DNA from: an uncultured Actinomycetes bacterium
GTDB taxonomy: Bacteria; Actinomycetota; Acidimicrobiia; IMCC26256; DASPTH01
Direction: 5' to 3'
Assembly (NCBI GenBank): GCA_963835985.1
Contig: CAWIHV010000001.1
Span: 953,524 to 1,017,523 of the forward strand
Length of the DNA stretch: 64,000 nucleotides
The number at the start of each line of letters is the position of its first letter. The stretch's first letter is position 1. Of the stretch, positions 52,642 through 62,275 are shown piece after piece. The position numbers were made by a program, and so were the translations under genes. The notes under the pieces were generated by a model. That model had not been told where the DNA came from. It saw only the letters and a list, made by a program, of their open reading frames with translations, and searched no databases.

Positions 52642-53838
52642 CGCGCGCGTTCGCTTCGCGACCGTGATCAGTGCAGCCGCGCCGATGGCCGTGCTCGAGA
52701 GCGACGCGACGAGGATGCCGAGCTTCGCGTCGCGCAGCGCCACACCCCGGAACGCGAGGTCGGCGACGAACAGGGAGACGGTGAACCCGATGCCGGCGAG
52801 GCATCCCGCGCCGAGCAGGTGAGAGCGACGCAGACCGGACGGCAATCGACCGACCCGCACCTGCAGGGCGACGACGCTGGCGAGGAAGATGCCGAGGGGC
52901 TTGCCGATCACCAGGCCGACGACGACGCCCCAGGCGACCGAGCTGCCGGCCGCGTGACGCAACGACTCGACGTCGAGCACGACGCCGGCGCTCGCCAGCG
53001 CGAACAACGGGACGATGAGGAGGCTCGACCACGGGTGTAGCCGGTGCTCGAGCTGCTCGAGCAGCGGGCGGCCGCCGACCTGGCCCGTCGGAGCCAGGAG
53101 ACCGAGGGCCACGCCGGCGATGGTCGGGTGGATCCCCGACTCGAGGCAGCAGTACCAGAGCGCCACCGCGGGCACGACGAACCAGGCGGGATGGGTCAGC
53201 CCGAACCCGCGCATCGCAACGATCCCGACCACCACGAGCGCGGCGGTGAGCAGCCACACGCCGGAGACGCCGTGGGAGTAGAACAGCGCGATCACGATGA
53301 TCGCCCCGATGTCGTCGACGATGGCGAGCGTCAACAGGAAGACCTTGAGCGGGCGCGGGATCCGTGATCCGAGGAGAGCGAGCACTGCCACCGCGAACGC
53401 GATGTCGGTGGCCATCGGGATGCCCCAGCCATCTGCAGTCGTCTGTCCGACGTTCAGCACGACGAAGAGCGCGGCGGGTACGACCATGCCGCCGACGGCG
53501 GCGATTGCAGGGAGCGCGGCACGGCGTGGGTCGCGCAGTTCGCCCCGGACGAGCTCCCGCTTGATCTCGAGGCCGACGACGAAGAAGAAGATCGTCATCA
53601 GGCCTTCGGTGACCCACTGGGCGAGTGTCTCGGTGACGGCGAGATCACCGATCCCGACGGTCACCTCGTGGGACCAGAACGACCGGTACGCGCCGGGCGC
53701 CACGTTCGCCCAGACGATGGCGGCCGCGACCGCGACCAGGAGGACGATCCCGCCGAGGGTCTCGGTGGAGAGGAACTCGCCGATCGCCGAAGGACGGCGG
53801 CGCGGACGCGTGGGCGCGTCCCTGGTGATGGCCGGCAT
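52638..53838 (-). CDS. nhaA: Na+/H+ antiporter NhaA
   Basis: FFFVVGLEIKRE, GWGIPMATDIAF, LAIVDD, GKPLG, GIGFTVS. Confidence 0.95.
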
Positions 53839-53896
53839 CGGGCTGCAACTCCATCGTTCGACGGATGTGCTGCCGCCGAGTGGAGCTCAGCAACAG

Positions 53897-53920
53897 GCCG
53901 ACCAGACTTCCCGGCTCACC
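53897..53920 (-). promoter_or_regulatory. Candidate cis-regulatory RNA hairpin in the nhaA leader
   Basis: GGTGAG-CCGGG-AAG-TCTGG-TCGGC about 60 nt upstream of nhaA. Confidence 0.4.
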
Positions 53921-54031
53921 TAGGTGTGTCACCGTAGGGGTGGCCTGTGACGAAGTGATGCGCTTCTGGTGAACCGGCCGTTACGCGACCCTGAGCGAGT
54001 CGGGCCACGGGCACGAGGCCCGAACACCGAC

Positions 54032-54060
54032 CGGGCGAACGGGCGAACGGGCGAACGGGC
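54032..54060 (+). repeat. 8-bp tandem repeat (CGGGCGAA) x3.6
   Basis: Read directly in the sequence. Confidence 0.8.
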
Positions 54061-54076
54061 TGCCAGACTGCGGCCC

Positions 54077-54367
54077 ATGATCCGACTCAGTGTCCTGTAC
54101 CCGAAGACCGACGGCGCGAAGTTCGACCACGACTACTACCGCGACAAGCACGTCCCGCTCGCGGTGTCGACCTGGGGCGTCGAGCGCGTCGAGATCGACA
54201 AGGGCGTCGACGGCCCGTACGAGGCCGCGGTGCACTTCTTCTTCCCTTCGACCGACGCCATCGGGGAGGCCATGGGTGCCGAGGGCACGGGCGCGATCAT
54301 GGCCGACGTCGCCAACTACACCGACATCCAGCCGGTGATGCAGACCAGCGAGATCGTCGAGAGCTGA
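54077..54367 (+). CDS. EthD family protein
   Basis: SVLYP..FDHDYY..HVPL..ADVANYTDIQP. Confidence 0.9.
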   Translation: MIRLSVLYPKTDGAKFDHDYYRDKHVPLAVSTWGVERVEIDKGVDGPYEAAVHFFFPSTDAIGEAMGAEGTGAIMADVANYTDIQPVMQTSEIVES

Positions 54368-54384
54368 CGTCGACCCCTCAGGTC

Positions 54385-55296
54385 GTGACCGACAGCTCTG
54401 ACCGACTGCGCGGGAAGGTCGCGCTCGTCACCGGGGCCGGCAACGGCATCGGGCAGGCGTGCGCGGAGGCGCTGGGTCGCCACGGCGCAGCAGTCGTGGT
54501 GAACGACCTCGGCACCGACGAGTACGCCCAGGGTCGGAGCTCGGCGGCGGCGGACTCGACGGTCGCCGCGATCCGTGACGAGGGCGGGACCGCCACCGCC
54601 AACTACGACTCGGTGGCCGATCCCGGCGGCTGTGCGGCCGCGGTGCAGACCGCGATCGAGGAGTACGGCAAGCTCGACATCGTCGTGGGCTGCGCGGGCG
54701 CGATCATCGACGGCACCCTCGCCGCCGATGACGACACGTACCAACGGTTCATGGCGCTGTTCCTGCACCAGAAGTTCTGGCTGGCGCGGGCGGCGCTCCC
54801 GGGGATGCTCGAGCGGGGTTGGGGACGGCTCGTCACGACGACGTCACACGGCGCCACCGGACTGTTGGGCCAGCCGATCTTCGCCGCCGCGATGGGCGGT
54901 GTGATCTCCATGACGCGCGCGATCGCGTTCGAGCACGAGAGCGCGGGCGTCACCGCCAACTGCCTCGCGCCGGGCGGTGCGACGCGGCTGCACGCGGTGA
55001 CACGCCCGATGTTCGAGCAGTTGCGCGCCGACGAATTGATCTCGGACGCCGACTGGGAGTCGTACGTCAACACGCCACCGCCGGAGTACGTCGCCCCGAT
55101 CGTGGCCTGGCTCTGCACCGACGAGGCGAACGGGGTCACGGGCCAGGTGTTCCACGCATCAGGTGGTGCGGTGGGCGTGTGGAACCGCTACGAGGTGGAG
55201 CGCACGATCTACCGGGGCGACCATCGCGCCAACCCGCCGTGGAGCTTGACCGAGCTCGACACGTTGGTACCGAAGGCGCTGCTGTCGGAGCCTTGA
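54385..55296 (+). CDS. SDR family oxidoreductase (atypical catalytic motif)
   Basis: TGAGNGIG, VVNDLG; YxxxK replaced by FAAAM. Confidence 0.88.
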   Translation: MTDSSDRLRGKVALVTGAGNGIGQACAEALGRHGAAVVVNDLGTDEYAQGRSSAAADSTVAAIRDEGGTATANYDSVADPGGCAAAVQTAIEEYGKLDIVVGCAGAIIDGTLAADDDTYQRFMALFLHQKFWLARAALPGMLERGWGRLVTTTSHGATGLLGQPIFAAAMGGVISMTRAIAFEHESAGVTANCLAPGGATRLHAVTRPMFEQLRADELISDADWESYVNTPPPEYVAPIVAWLCTDEANGVTGQVFHASGGAVGVWNRYEVERTIYRGDHRANPPWSLTELDTLVPKALLSEP

Positions 55297-55318
55297 TCTC
55301 GGCTCGTTCACAGGTCTC

Positions 55319-56245
55319 GTGGGTACCGTCGGTCGCGTGCGTGCCGCGGTGGCTGTCGTCCTGCTCGCGATCGCCGTCGCGATGCTGCCGGGAACGCACA
55401 CTGCCGCTGCCGCCCCGTGCACCGACGGTCCGCCCGCCGGTGTCCCGGTCGCCGCAACCGACGGCATCACGCGCACCGACTACACGTTCGCGCACCGGCT
55501 CGCGGGGAAGTGCCGAACCCTCGTCACGCAAGTCCGCGAGCCCTCGTCGTCTCCGTCCTCACCTCGCCCGTCACCCCTCCCGGTGATCCTCGCGATCCAC
55601 GGTCTCGACGGGTCGCCCGACGCGCTGGCGCCGCTGCTCGACGGGTGGACGCGCGCCGGCTACGTCGTGGCGGCCCCCACGTTTCCGAAGACGAAGAAGG
55701 ACGCGCGCGGCAAGGCGCTCCGGGCCGAGGTGGTGGACCAGGCGGCCGACGCCCGCTTCGTGCTCGACGAGCTCCTCGACCGTGCCGACACGCTCGGCAT
55801 CGATCGTCACGAGGTCGGCGCCGCCGGCATGTCGCTCGGTGGCATGACGGTGTACGGGCTGATCTCGCACCCGTGCTGCGAGGACGGTCGCGTCCAGGCC
55901 GCGGTCGTGATGGCCGGCGTGCACGACGCGTTCCCCTCGGGCACATACCGGCACCAGGACGTTCCCGTCCTCCTGCTCCACGGCGATGCCGACATCGGGT
56001 ACCACCACAGCCGGAGCGCATACGCGCAGCTCGCGCCGCCGAAGTGGTTCGTCACCCTGCACGGCGAGCGGCACTCACCGCCGTTCGAGGTGCCGCGCGG
56101 TTCGGCGAGCGCGGTCGTGGATGCGACGACGGTGGCGTTCTGGGACCACACCCTGAAGGATGACGTCGACGCTGCGCAACGGATCGTCGACGCGGTGCGA
56201 GCGACCGACGGGAAGGCCACGCTCCAGCGGGATCTCTCGAAGTGA
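55319..56245 (+). CDS. Secreted alpha/beta hydrolase
   Basis: Signal peptide, HG, GMSLGG, HGDAD, H. Confidence 0.85.
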   Translation: MGTVGRVRAAVAVVLLAIAVAMLPGTHTAAAAPCTDGPPAGVPVAATDGITRTDYTFAHRLAGKCRTLVTQVREPSSSPSSPRPSPLPVILAIHGLDGSPDALAPLLDGWTRAGYVVAAPTFPKTKKDARGKALRAEVVDQAADARFVLDELLDRADTLGIDRHEVGAAGMSLGGMTVYGLISHPCCEDGRVQAAVVMAGVHDAFPSGTYRHQDVPVLLLHGDADIGYHHSRSAYAQLAPPKWFVTLHGERHSPPFEVPRGSASAVVDATTVAFWDHTLKDDVDAAQRIVDAVRATDGKATLQRDLSK

Positions 56246-56249
56246 CGTC

Positions 56250-57864
56250 TCAGCCGCTGATGGCTGCCTTGCCGCGCTCCCGGAGCTCGAACTTCAGCAC
56301 CTTGCCACTGGCGTTGAGCGGCAGCGCGTCGACCACCTCGAGGTAGCGCGGCGCCTTGAAGTTGGCCATGTGTTCACACGCCCACGCGAGCACCTCGTCG
56401 CGGTCGACAGTGTGGCCCGCGGTCGGTACCACGAATGCCATCCCCACCTCGCCCATGCGCTCGTCGGGCACACCGACGATCGCCACCTGCGCGACGTCGG
56501 GGTGCTCGAGCATCAGACCCTCGATCTCCGCCGGGTACGCGTTGAAACCGCCGACGATGAACATGTCCTTGATGCGGTCGGTGATGGTGACGTTGTTCTG
56601 CGCGTCGACGTAGCCGACGTCGCCGGTGTGCAACCAGCCGTCGGCATCGACGGTCTCGGCGGTGGCCTTCGGGTTGTCGAAGTAGCCGATCATCACGTGG
56701 AAGCCGCGCGTCACGATCTCGCCCTGCTCGCCGGTGGGCAGGGCGTTGCCGTCGGCGTCGACGATCTTCATCTCGATGCCGTCGAGCGGCCGGCCCGACG
56801 TGTGGGCGATGATCTCGGGGTCGTCGTCGTGGCGGCACATGGCGACGGTGCCGGTGGTCTCGGTGAGGCCGTAGCCGGTGACCACCGAGTCGAAGCCCAG
56901 CTCCTGGCGCAGCTTCACCACGAGCTCGACCGGCACGACCGCGGCGCCGGTGACGGCGAGCCGCAGCGACGACAGGTCGTACTCGCTGACGTCGGTGTTG
57001 AGGATGGTCTGGTAGATCGCCGGTGGTCCGGGCAGCATCGTCACCCGCTCCGACTGGACCGTCTCCATGACCGTCTGCGGATCGAACACGAGGTGGGGGA
57101 GCAGCGTCGCGCCCTTCAGCAGCGACGCGAGCAGTCCCGACTTCAGTCCGGCGGTGTGGAACAGCGGGTAGATGAGGAGGTAGCGGTCACCGTGGCGCAG
57201 GCCGACGACGTCGGACCACGACGTGTACAGGCGCACGCTCGCACCGTGGCGCAGCATCGCACCCTTCGGCGCGCCGGTGGTGCCCGACGTGAAGATGATG
57301 TCGCTCATGGTGTCGCCGGTGAGCGCCGCCTCCCGTCGCTCGATCTCGCCGTCGGGAACGTCGACGCCGCGGGCGAGGAAGTCGTCCCAGCTCACGGTGC
57401 CGGCGGGGACCGAACCCTCGAGGATGACGATCTCCTCGACGAGGTCGCGCGCGCCGGCGTCGTCGAGCAGCTCGACATAGTTGGTGTCGAGGAAGTCGGT
57501 GACGGTGAAGAGGAAGCGGGCCCCCGAGGTGCGCAGCACGTGAGCGGCCTCCGTGCCCTTGAACCGGGTGTTGAGCGGGACGAGCACACCACCCGCGGCG
57601 TAGAGGCCGAGCGCGGCCACGATCCACTGGTGGAGGTTGGGCGCCCACACCGACCGCGCGGTCGCCGGGCTGCAGACCGGTGGCCACGAACGCCTTCGCC
57701 GCGTCACGCACCGCGGCGTCGAGCTGGGTGAACGTGAGGCGGACGCCCTCTGGTGTGGTGGCTCGGTCGACCACCGCCTCGTCGTCGGGCCAGAGTGTGG
57801 CCGCCCGATGCACGACTCCGGGGACCGTCTCCGGGATGTCCGTCACTGGAGGGGTCGGTCTCAT
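56250..57864 (-). CDS. FadD3-like acyl-CoA ligase (frameshift at about 57660)
   Basis: LVPLNTRFKG.EA, FTSGTTGAPKG, YGLTE, GGFNAYPAE, PLNASGK. Confidence 0.9.
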
Positions 57865-57868
57865 GGGG

Positions 57869-57882
57869 CGGAATATACAATC
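57869..57882 (-). promoter_or_regulatory. Shared 14-bp promoter/operator motif, copy 2
   Basis: GATTGTATATTCCG on the minus strand; TATATT lies 7 nt before the fadD ATG, suggesting a leaderless transcript. Confidence 0.6.
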
Positions 57883-57934
57883 CGGCGCCTGACGACCCGT
57901 CAGAAACGCACGCACTCGAGACACAGGGGGAGCC

Positions 57935-58858
57935 GTGGGGCTGCTCGACGGCAAGGTTGCGATCGTCACCGGCGCGGGGCACGGCATCGGCCGCGGCCAC
58001 ACGATGGAGATGGCTCGGCACGGCGCCAAGGTCGTGGTCAACGACCTCGGCGGTAGCGAGCGCGGTGAGGGCGCCGGCAAGGCCGCCGACGACACGGTCC
58101 AGCTGATCGTCGACGCCGGCGGTGAGGCGGTGTCGAACTACGGCGACGTGAGCGACCACGACCAGTGCGGCGAGCTCGTGGCGCAGGCGATCGACGCGTT
58201 CGGTCAGCTCGACATCCTGGTGAACAACGCCGGCATCGTCCGCGACGCGGCGATCTGGAACATGCCGGTCGACGACTGGGACCTCGTGATGCGCGTGCAC
58301 GTGCGGGGCACCTGGTCGACGTCGCACTTCGCGTCGAAGTACTTCCGCGAGCGGGCCAAGAACGACGACTCGCTCCACGGCCGCATCATCAACACGACGT
58401 CCGGAGCGGGCCTCGGCGGCAACTTCGGGCAGTCGGGCTACGCCACCGCCAAGGCGGCGATCGTCGGGCTCACGCTCACGCTGGCGCAGGAGCTGTACCG
58501 GTCGAACGTCACGGTGAACTGCATCGGGCCCGCCGGCCTGACCCGCATCACCGCGACGATGCCGGGATCGGGCGAAGCGTTCGAGCCCAACGAGGTGCCC
58601 GAGGGCGAGTGGAACCCGATGGACCCGAAGAACAGTTCGCCGGTGGTGGCGTGGCTGGCCAGCGACGAGGCCGACTACGTGACCGGCCAGGTGATCCGGG
58701 TCATCCACGACAAGCTCATCTGGATGGGTGGCTGGTACGAGCGGGCCGACGTCAGCTGCGAGGGCAAGCCGTGGGACGCCGAGAAGCTCGGCATGACCAT
58801 GGCCACCGAGTTGTTCCAGACCCGCCACCGCGGCATGGTCTTCGGACCAGTCAAGTAG
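57935..58858 (+). CDS. SDR family oxidoreductase (3-hydroxyacyl-CoA dehydrogenase-like)
   Basis: TGAGHGIG, NNAG, YATAK. Confidence 0.93.
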   Translation: MGLLDGKVAIVTGAGHGIGRGHTMEMARHGAKVVVNDLGGSERGEGAGKAADDTVQLIVDAGGEAVSNYGDVSDHDQCGELVAQAIDAFGQLDILVNNAGIVRDAAIWNMPVDDWDLVMRVHVRGTWSTSHFASKYFRERAKNDDSLHGRIINTTSGAGLGGNFGQSGYATAKAAIVGLTLTLAQELYRSNVTVNCIGPAGLTRITATMPGSGEAFEPNEVPEGEWNPMDPKNSSPVVAWLASDEADYVTGQVIRVIHDKLIWMGGWYERADVSCEGKPWDAEKLGMTMATELFQTRHRGMVFGPVK

Positions 58859-58884
58859 AGACGTAGTAGAGAGGCGCTCGACCC

Positions 58885-59751
58885 ATGGCGATGCCCACCG
58901 ACGTCCCGATCATCGACTGCATGATCAGCTTCCCCATCGAGGACAAGAAGAAGCTCTACGAGTTCATCACCAAGCAGACGAAGGACTCGCAGTCGAAGGA
59001 CGAGTACCAGTTCCCGGTCGAGTACATGTTCAAGGACGTGCCCGACGAGAACAAGTCGGGTGAGGATCCCGTGGCGGTGACGCTGCGCGAGATGGACAAG
59101 CACAACATCGAGCGCGGACTCATCGGGATCGGGAGCGGCAACTCCGAGCGCGCGCTCAAGGAGCACCCCGACCGCTTCGTCGCCGCGCTGAGCGTCGATC
59201 CCAACGACATCATGGGGACGCTCGGGCGCATCGTCGAGGCGCACGAGAAGTGGGACATCCGCGCCGTCGACATCTTCCCGTGCGGGCTGTTCCCACAGAT
59301 CCGGATCAACGCGCCGCAGATGTACCCGGTGTACGCCAAGTGCTGTGAGCTCGACATCCCGGTGTTCGTGAACGCCGGCGTCCCGGGCCCGCGGCTGAAG
59401 ATGGACCCGCAGAAGGTGGAGTACATCGACGACGTGATGTACGACTTCCCCGACCTCGTGTTCGTGACCCGTCATGGATGCGAGCCGTGGGAAGACCTCG
59501 CGGTGAAGCTCATGTTGAAGTGGCCGGGCCTGCACTACTGCACGAGCGCGTTCGCGCCGAAGCACTACCCGAAGGCGATCATCGAGTACGCCAACACGCG
59601 CGGTGCCGACAAGATCATCTACGCGGGGTACTTCCCCATGGGTCTGACGCTCGATCGCATCATGGGCGACATGGTGGACGTGCCGTTCCGCGACCACGTG
59701 TGGCCGAAGTTCCTCAAGGAGAACGCCGAGCGCGTCCTCAAACTGAAGTGA
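58885..59751 (+). CDS. Amidohydrolase_2 family protein
   Basis: YPVYAKC.EL..P, GVPGP, RHG.EPW, SAFAPK, NA.RVL. Confidence 0.9.
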   Translation: MAMPTDVPIIDCMISFPIEDKKKLYEFITKQTKDSQSKDEYQFPVEYMFKDVPDENKSGEDPVAVTLREMDKHNIERGLIGIGSGNSERALKEHPDRFVAALSVDPNDIMGTLGRIVEAHEKWDIRAVDIFPCGLFPQIRINAPQMYPVYAKCCELDIPVFVNAGVPGPRLKMDPQKVEYIDDVMYDFPDLVFVTRHGCEPWEDLAVKLMLKWPGLHYCTSAFAPKHYPKAIIEYANTRGADKIIYAGYFPMGLTLDRIMGDMVDVPFRDHVWPKFLKENAERVLKLK

Positions 59752-61397
59752 CGCTTCGGTACACCGACGACGAACGCCTGACGCCCGAGCAGCGCACCGC
59801 GCTCTCGGGGCCGGGGGCGCCGTTCGAGACGACGACCGAGGTCGTGCTCGGTGCCGAGTGCGAGGTGTTCGTGCAACGGCCGCGCAGCTTGGTCGAAGTG
59901 CTGCGCACGAGCGCCGAGCAGTTCGGCGATCGTCCGTTTCTCGTCTTTCCGGACGAGACGGTGACGTTCGCGCAGGTGCCGGAGCGCGCCGGTGCGATTG
60001 CCGCGGTGCTCGCCGACGAGTACGGCGTGGGCAAGGGCGACCGGGTCGCGTTCGCCAGCGCCAACAGCCTCGACTACGCGCTCGCGCAGCTGGCCGTGGT
60101 GAGCCTGGGGGCGATCATCGTCGGCCTCAACGGGTGGTGGACCGGTCCCGAGCTGGTCTACGGCGTCGAGCTGACCAAGCCGAAGGTGCTCTTCGGCGAC
60201 GAGGTGCGCCTCGAGCGCCTCGCGGAAGTCGGCTTCGCAGGCACGCCGATGCTGCACGTCGACGGTTCGGCACCGCTCTCCGAGGTGCACATCGACGAAG
60301 ACGACCCGTTCATGATCCTCTTCACGTCGGGTACCACCGGACGACCGAAGGGGGCGACGCTCACCCACCGCAACCTCGTGCACATGGGTTCGGCGATGGC
60401 GTTCGGACGCACGGTCACGATGATCCTCAACCAGGTTCCGCCACCGGCACCCAACGCGCCCCCGCCGGCATCGATCTGCGCCACGCCGTTCTTCCACATC
60501 TCGGGCACCGCGCCGCTGTTCATGACCGGATCCCGCTTCGGGTCGTCGCTCGTCTTCCCGCCACCCGGTCGCTGGGACCCCGAGGTGCACCTGCGCCTCA
60601 CGGCCGACCACCGGGTGTCCGCGTGGTCGGGAGTGCCCACGCAGTTCTGGCGCATGCTCGAGCATCCCGACTTCGACACGTTCGACCTCTCGTGTCTCAT
60701 GATGGTCTCGTCGGGGGGCGCGCCGTTCCCACCCGAGCTGATGCGGGTGTTGAACGAGAAGATCCCGACCGCGAACCTGTCGAACGGCTACGGCATGAGC
60801 GAGTCGATGGGGGCGGGCACGCTCCTCTCCGGCGCGCGCTACTTCACCCATCGCGAATCGGTGGGCGTGCCGTATCCGACGCTCGAGGTGCAGATCCGCG
60901 ACGACGATCGCAACGAGGTCCCCGACGGCGAGGTCGGCGAGATCTGTCTGCACGGCGGCGTGATCTTCAAGGGGTACTGGGACGATCCCGAGGCGACGGC
61001 CAAGGTGCTCGACGACGAGCGCTGGTACCACAGCGGCGACTACGGACGCATCGAGGAGGGCGTGCTCTGGCTCGAGAGCCGCATGCGCGACCTCATCATC
61101 CGCGGCGGCGAGAACATCTACCCGATGGAGATCGAGCACCGCCTGGTCGAGCACCCCGGCATCGCTGACGCCGCCGTCATCGGCGTCGAGCACCGCACGC
61201 TCGGCCAGGAGGTCAAGGCGGTGGTGGTGCTCCAGCCGGGTACATCACTCGACCCGTCCGAGGTGCAGGAGTGGGTCGCGGCCGGGCTCGCCAAGTTCAA
61301 GGTGCCCGCCTACGTGGAGTTCCGCTCCGAACTGCCGTACACCCAGACCGGCAAGGTCATGAAGCACCGGTTGGAACGCGAGCACGAGCAGACCTGA
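59748..61397 (+). CDS. Long-chain acyl-CoA synthetase
   Basis: FTSGTTGRPKG, YGMSE, SGD, RGGEN, TGK. Confidence 0.93.
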   Translation: MTLRYTDDERLTPEQRTALSGPGAPFETTTEVVLGAECEVFVQRPRSLVEVLRTSAEQFGDRPFLVFPDETVTFAQVPERAGAIAAVLADEYGVGKGDRVAFASANSLDYALAQLAVVSLGAIIVGLNGWWTGPELVYGVELTKPKVLFGDEVRLERLAEVGFAGTPMLHVDGSAPLSEVHIDEDDPFMILFTSGTTGRPKGATLTHRNLVHMGSAMAFGRTVTMILNQVPPPAPNAPPPASICATPFFHISGTAPLFMTGSRFGSSLVFPPPGRWDPEVHLRLTADHRVSAWSGVPTQFWRMLEHPDFDTFDLSCLMMVSSGGAPFPPELMRVLNEKIPTANLSNGYGMSESMGAGTLLSGARYFTHRESVGVPYPTLEVQIRDDDRNEVPDGEVGEICLHGGVIFKGYWDDPEATAKVLDDERWYHSGDYGRIEEGVLWLESRMRDLIIRGGENIYPMEIEHRLVEHPGIADAAVIGVEHRTLGQEVKAVVVLQPGTSLDPSEVQEWVAAGLAKFKVPAYVEFRSELPYTQTGKVMKHRLEREHEQT

Positions 61398-61463
61398 TCG
61401 TCGGTCGTCGTCGGCCGTCGTCGGATCGCCGAGCCCCGGGCGCCAGCAAGGCATGCTGGAGGT

Positions 61464-62255
61464 GTGGTGAACGAGATCTCGCATGCGGGGACGTTGCGGC
61501 TCCAGTCGATCGCGTTGCTGGTCGAATCTCAGAGCTTCGTCAGCGTCCGCGAGCTCACCGAGCGCTTCAACGTCTCGGCCGTCACCATCCGGTCGGACCT
61601 CGATCGGCTCGAGCACGAGGGGCGAATCCGTCGCGTCCGGGGTGGCGCCGTGCCGCGCGACATCTCGCGCGCCGAGATGCCGTTCGAGATGGCCCGCGAT
61701 CGCTCGGCCCCGGCGAAAGCCCGCATCGCCCGCCGCGCGGTGGACGAGATCGCGGTCGGCGACACCGTCCTCCTCGACGTGGGAACCACGACGAATGCGA
61801 TCGCCAGCGAGCTGGTTGCCCGCACCGACCTGACCGACGTCACGGTCTTCACCAACTCGCTGCCCATCGCGTACGAGCTCGAACGGGCGGCGGAGCGCAT
61901 CCAGGTCGTCGTCACCGGCGGCACCCTGCGCCCCTTGCAGCACTCCCTGGTGGAGCCGCTGGCTACGGTCCTCCTCGAGGGGATCCATGCCCACGTGGCA
62001 TTCGTCGGCTGCAGCGGCGTGCACCCGATCGCGGCGATCACGAACATCAACCTCCCCGAGACCTCGGTGAAGCAAGCCATGCTGCGCGTGGCCCGGCGTC
62101 GGGTGATCGTCGCCGACGGCAGCAAGATCGGCGAAGTCGACCTCGTGCGCGTCTGCTCGCTCGACGATGTCGGACTCCTGATCACCGACGACGGTGCCGA
62201 CGTCGACTTGGTTGCCGAGCTCAGGAGCACCGGGCTCGAAGTACTGCTCGTCTGA
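61464..62255 (+). CDS. DeoR/GlpR (AgaR-like) regulator
   Basis: VSAVTIRSDL..RVRGGA, LDVGTT, TNSL, ADGSK. Confidence 0.93.
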   Translation: MVNEISHAGTLRLQSIALLVESQSFVSVRELTERFNVSAVTIRSDLDRLEHEGRIRRVRGGAVPRDISRAEMPFEMARDRSAPAKARIARRAVDEIAVGDTVLLDVGTTTNAIASELVARTDLTDVTVFTNSLPIAYELERAAERIQVVVTGGTLRPLQHSLVEPLATVLLEGIHAHVAFVGCSGVHPIAAITNINLPETSVKQAMLRVARRRVIVADGSKIGEVDLVRVCSLDDVGLLITDDGADVDLVAELRSTGLEVLLV

Positions 62256-62275
62256 CGCAGCTGCTCGTCGCCGCG

